A DNA stretch of 64,000 bases from contig NC_068983.1 of NCBI RefSeq assembly GCF_001194135.2, forward strand, positions 32,613,417-32,677,416, written 5' to 3'. Source of the stretch: Octopus bimaculoides. Lineage: Eukaryota. Positions 59,933 to 64,000 of this stretch are shown here, in pieces. The notes under the pieces were generated by a model. The model made no database searches and was not told where the DNA came from. It saw only the letters and a list, made by a program, of their open reading frames with translations. The translations under genes were made by a program, and so were the position numbers. Each line of letters begins with the position of its first letter. The stretch's first letter is position 1.

Positions 59933-60544
59933 TGTAATCGCATAATTTTATCTTCCACTGTGTCCCGGTTCGATATATATTTATTCATTTTCACAAAAAT
60001 ACTTGAAGAAGCTGGACAAATGAAATTTGACTTTCTCATAAAAGGATCTGCGACAGGGTGTTGATCATCTCGCCTCTCTTCTTCCTTAGTATCTGTTTCA
60101 TTTTCTAATCTAGATATGTGTCTTATGTTTATTTATTTAGTATTTAATTTCTATCAGGTTATTTATCAGTATACATGCATTTCCCAAAGAGCATTAGTTG
60201 TTATTAATACTGATTGATACCGCTAAAAGTAGCGGCCTTGCAATAAGATGTCGAAATCACGTTATTTATTTAGTAGCTGGCGGAAGATCTTCAGTTTAGT
60301 TGATTATAGTTCCTTCTTCAATTAATGACTGCTGGATTTCTTTTACTTACGTAGGCCAGTGCAAGTTATTATCTATTTTTTTCCTTTGTAGATTATGTTT
60401 TGTGGATTAGTGACAGAATTTTATATAGTTCTCAAGATCCTACCGATATGTATGCACGTTTGTGCCTCTGTTTGTGCGCGCGTGTTGTGCGTGTATACAT
60501 ATGCTCGCACGCACGCTCATATATATATATATATATATGGCTGA

Positions 60545-60760
60545 TAAGATGAGAGCTAGCAGAATCGTTAGCATGTCAGGCATAATGCTTAGCAGCATTT
60601 CGTCCTTCTTTACGTTCTGAGTTCAAGTTGCGCCGAAGTTGACTTTACTTTTCATCCTATCGAGGTCGATAAAATAAGTACCAGTTGAACAGTGGGGTTG
60701 ATTTAATCGATTTAACTCCTCTCTCGAACTTGCTGGCCTTGTGCCAAAATTTGAAACTAT
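60545..60760 (+). mobile_element. SINE family A
   Basis: Full head-to-tail match. Confidence 0.85.
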
Positions 60761-60907
60761 GTATATATAAAGGAAATATTCGTTACTGTGTTATAGTATT
60801 TATATATAAATATATGCATGCAAAACGAGAGAAAGCAAAAGGTTGAGATTTTTTTTGAGTACTACTAAGCGTCTTCTATACAGAGAATCTCTGTATCTCA
60901 TCTGTGG

Positions 60908-60978
<71 letters not shown>

Positions 60979-61528
60979 GTATGTATGTATTATAACCTAT
61001 GAACGTGTGTGTTTGCAATTAGTTTTACTTGGTAGTTCAAGTTTTGCCTATCGGCTTATTCATCTCATCCTGTTGCAATATAATCTTATTTTGAAAAGCT
61101 TCTCATGGCGAAAAATAGAAATTGCCGTAGCTGTTATTTATAATTATGAGGAGATTTTTGTAAGAAAGAGAAAAATACAATTTAATAATTTTCTGGAGAG
61201 AAATGTTGGATATTAATGCAAAGTAGGTGAGTGAGTGAAGGAAGAAACTGAAAGTGAGGGGTGGTTGTGTACAAGAATTACCAGGAGAGTTATTCTATTG
61301 AATTTATGGACTGACTTCAAGGAGTTGGCTACGAATGTTAGAGAAGGTGAAAATTGGTTTGGGATCTTCGGTAGTCTATTTTCATGTTTCTGTTTGTGTA
61401 CGTATGCATTTTTGCATATTGTTTGAACTTTTTGTGATGCGCGTTGTTCTCGTGAATTTGTGTATTTACGTGCTTGTTTGTGATTGTTTATGTATATATA
61501 TGTGAGTGTGGAAATGTTTATTTGTGTT

Positions 61529-61618
<90 letters not shown>

Positions 61619-62039
61619 AGCGTGTGCGTGTGCGTGTATTAAACTATTTATTTGGAGTGAACTCTTGCAAAATAATGGGTACGTTAATATAGAGAATTAA
61701 ATGAAAATTCAAATAGAAATTTTGAGTTTAAATATTTTTAAAATAAATATTTTTAGACTACTTTTTTTAATAATTCTTTTAAATATGTACAAATATATTT
61801 TGTATTAATTTGTTACTTTTCTTAAATTATAATGTTCGTGTTTACATATATGTGGATTTGCGTCTTTGCGAGCGGATGCGTACGTACAAGGAGTACTTTT
61901 CTGGGGAGGGGATGAGTGCGCATGCGTGTTTATTTATTTGGTTATTTTACATTTCAGACAGTAAAACAGAATAATGATTTGAAATAGATATCTAAAATCA
62001 AAGTTTCTTGAAATATTTGTAACTATTTTATTTGTATCA

Positions 62040-62411
62040 GGCATAGCTGTTTGGCTAAGAAGCTCGCTTCGCGACCTTGTGGTTTCCGGATCAATCTCAC
62101 TGCATGGCACCTCGGATATATGTCTTCTACTTTAGTTCAGAGCCGATCAATGCCTTGCGAATGAATTTACTAGACGGAAACTGTGAGGCAGCCTGTCGTA
62201 TATGTGTATGAGTGTGAGTGTGTATGTGTGTGTCTTTGTACTTGTTCGTTCATCTCTGTTGCTTTGTTTAGATTACCGGAAATCAACGGTTCAGTAAGAG
62301 TCCATAAAATAAATATATACTTTAAAATAAGTACCGGGGTCGATTTTTTTTCACCAAGCCCTCCAAGGCGGTGCTCCAGCATGGCTGAGGTCCAATGAGT
62401 AAAACAAGTAC
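62040..62411 (+). mobile_element. SINE family B, diverged
   Basis: GGCTAAGAAGCTCGCTT..TAGACGGAAACTG..GGCGGTGCTCCAGCATGGC match family B. Confidence 0.75.
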
Positions 62412-63049
62412 AAGTTAACGATATTTTGTAATTACGTCCTGTATTTATTATGCTTTTGCGTTATATTTTCTAATATATTTTCTCGTGTGTTTGGGTTTGT
62501 GTGCTATTATGAGTGTGTTTTCATATGTCGGTGAGGATACTTCTGCGCACGCAAGTGTGCAACCTACAAAATTATATCTAAAATTTATTATATCTCAGAA
62601 CTTGTAATTTTAGCATTTACGTGAAAATGTTTTATATGAAATTGAATCATTTGACTATATCTTATATATTACATTAAAGGAACTTGAGTTAAACACTTTT
62701 TGAAAACATTATATAAATGACTTTTTATAATTTACTTCTACACCTCAAAATTTTAAACGAATACATAAATTTATGAACAAAACTTCCACTCACAAACCTA
62801 CATATATAAAGGCTTTCACCTACACACACATATGCGTACGAAAAAAGGATTTGCACCTGCGCACGAAGACACGCTCACGCAAACATGAGCACAAACAGAC
62901 ACAAGAAGATATAAAAATGAGGAATTATATCACGTGCACGTACGTAATGCTAAGAGTTAATATTACATATAGCATTTCCGAGTAGGCACAGAGTTTTTAA
63001 AAATGATTTGCACTGAATAATGTAAATAAATAAATAAAAAGAAAGAAGC

Positions 63050-63780
63050 TATATGACACACAAAACCATAGAGGATTGCAAGATGTTATCCGAAACTTTT
63101 TTAGGAGTTGATTTAGGGTTGCTCCCAATGGGGCTAAAGATGCAAATCAGAAGTATTTCACTGGTATTCGCACAATATTAATAAATCTCAACATGAAAAC
63201 TAGAGTGACATTAGCATGGGTGTAAAGTAGGATATGGGTGAAAGACCGTAGGTGTTGACCTTATTTAATTCATGTATCGGAAATGTAGTAAAGGGTAACA
63301 ATCGGAGTTAACACCGAAAGATATGCATATGGTCAGTATCGTGGGAGCACTCTCATAATTATAGGGATGCATCGTTCATAGTTGCAAAGCCAATTCGTTG
63401 ATATAGTTGGTTAAATCCAACAATTTTCTACTAATTTCCTTGGTTAACGATTGTAATATTGACCTGGAATATCAATGAATTTCCGAGAAATTATTGTTCT
63501 GAGATAGCAAAGGAAGGTTTTATGCAAGAACTTGGTATGTCTGGTATAGACCAGCATCGGTGCTCTTGTGCAATAATCTACTCAATACTTCACTTACAAT
63601 TTGTAACCGTTTGTGGTTTACGCTCCTAGAGATCTGTGGTAGTATTTCGACTCATCAACGTGGTTATTCACTATGGTACATCACATAAAGTTCACAGGAG
63701 GTTATGACATGCATTTTGAATGCAATCAAACTAGAGTGTGGTCTGCTATGATTGTTGCTTAGGGGAAAGCAATCAACTAG
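63050..63780 (-). mobile_element. Possible highly decayed PLE RT remnant
   Basis: Only faint motif echoes on the minus strand (ISFGVNS resembling ISFDVxS; APLGATL resembling the GxPMG region); many stops. Confidence 0.2.
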
Positions 63781-64000
63781 TTCACTTGTATAAAGTCAGA
63801 ATTTTGTTCGTGAGGAAGAAACAGGAGTGGTTAATGCAGAGCAGTGAAGTTAGCAGAGAAGTGAAGAGCGGGAAGGACGTGTGGAAGAGGAGAAAATAGA
63901 AGGTAAGGGAGAAAGAAAGAATAAAGAGAATATGTTGCAATAATCTATTTGCCAAGGTTGTTTTTAAGTTCACTGTTACAAATCCTATGAACTGCCCTAT

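Overview
This is repeat-dense, AT-rich eukaryotic DNA with no confidently identifiable host protein-coding exon, no rRNA, no bona fide tRNA and no CRISPR array. The SINE families and microsatellite load suggest an octopus-like cephalopod, which is my inference. About 6.3 kb (~10%) is N, in 15 gaps mostly bordered by microsatellites. Nearly all ORF-track entries are microsatellite, N-gap or antisense artefacts. The recognisable content is decayed mobile DNA: two Penelope-like retroelements (PLEs; RT and/or GIY-YIG), several R4/Dong-type restriction-like-endonuclease (RLE) LINE fragments mostly flanked by triplet microsatellites, RTE fragments, an ORF1-only L1/Tx1-like element, Tc1/mariner remnants, a hAT MITE with a perfect 8-bp target-site duplication (TSD), and many tRNA-derived SINEs. 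The most striking observation is at 21.1-25.1 kb. A PLE GIY-YIG ORF runs directly into a module of tRNA-like Pol III head, (AAT)n and a minimal type I hammerhead ribozyme with a palindromic, dimer-requiring stem III. The same module occurs without an ORF as a head-to-head inverted pair, and a Dong-like LINE has inserted into the (AAT)n of one copy. Hammerhead-like cores also occur in two other repeat families in the window.
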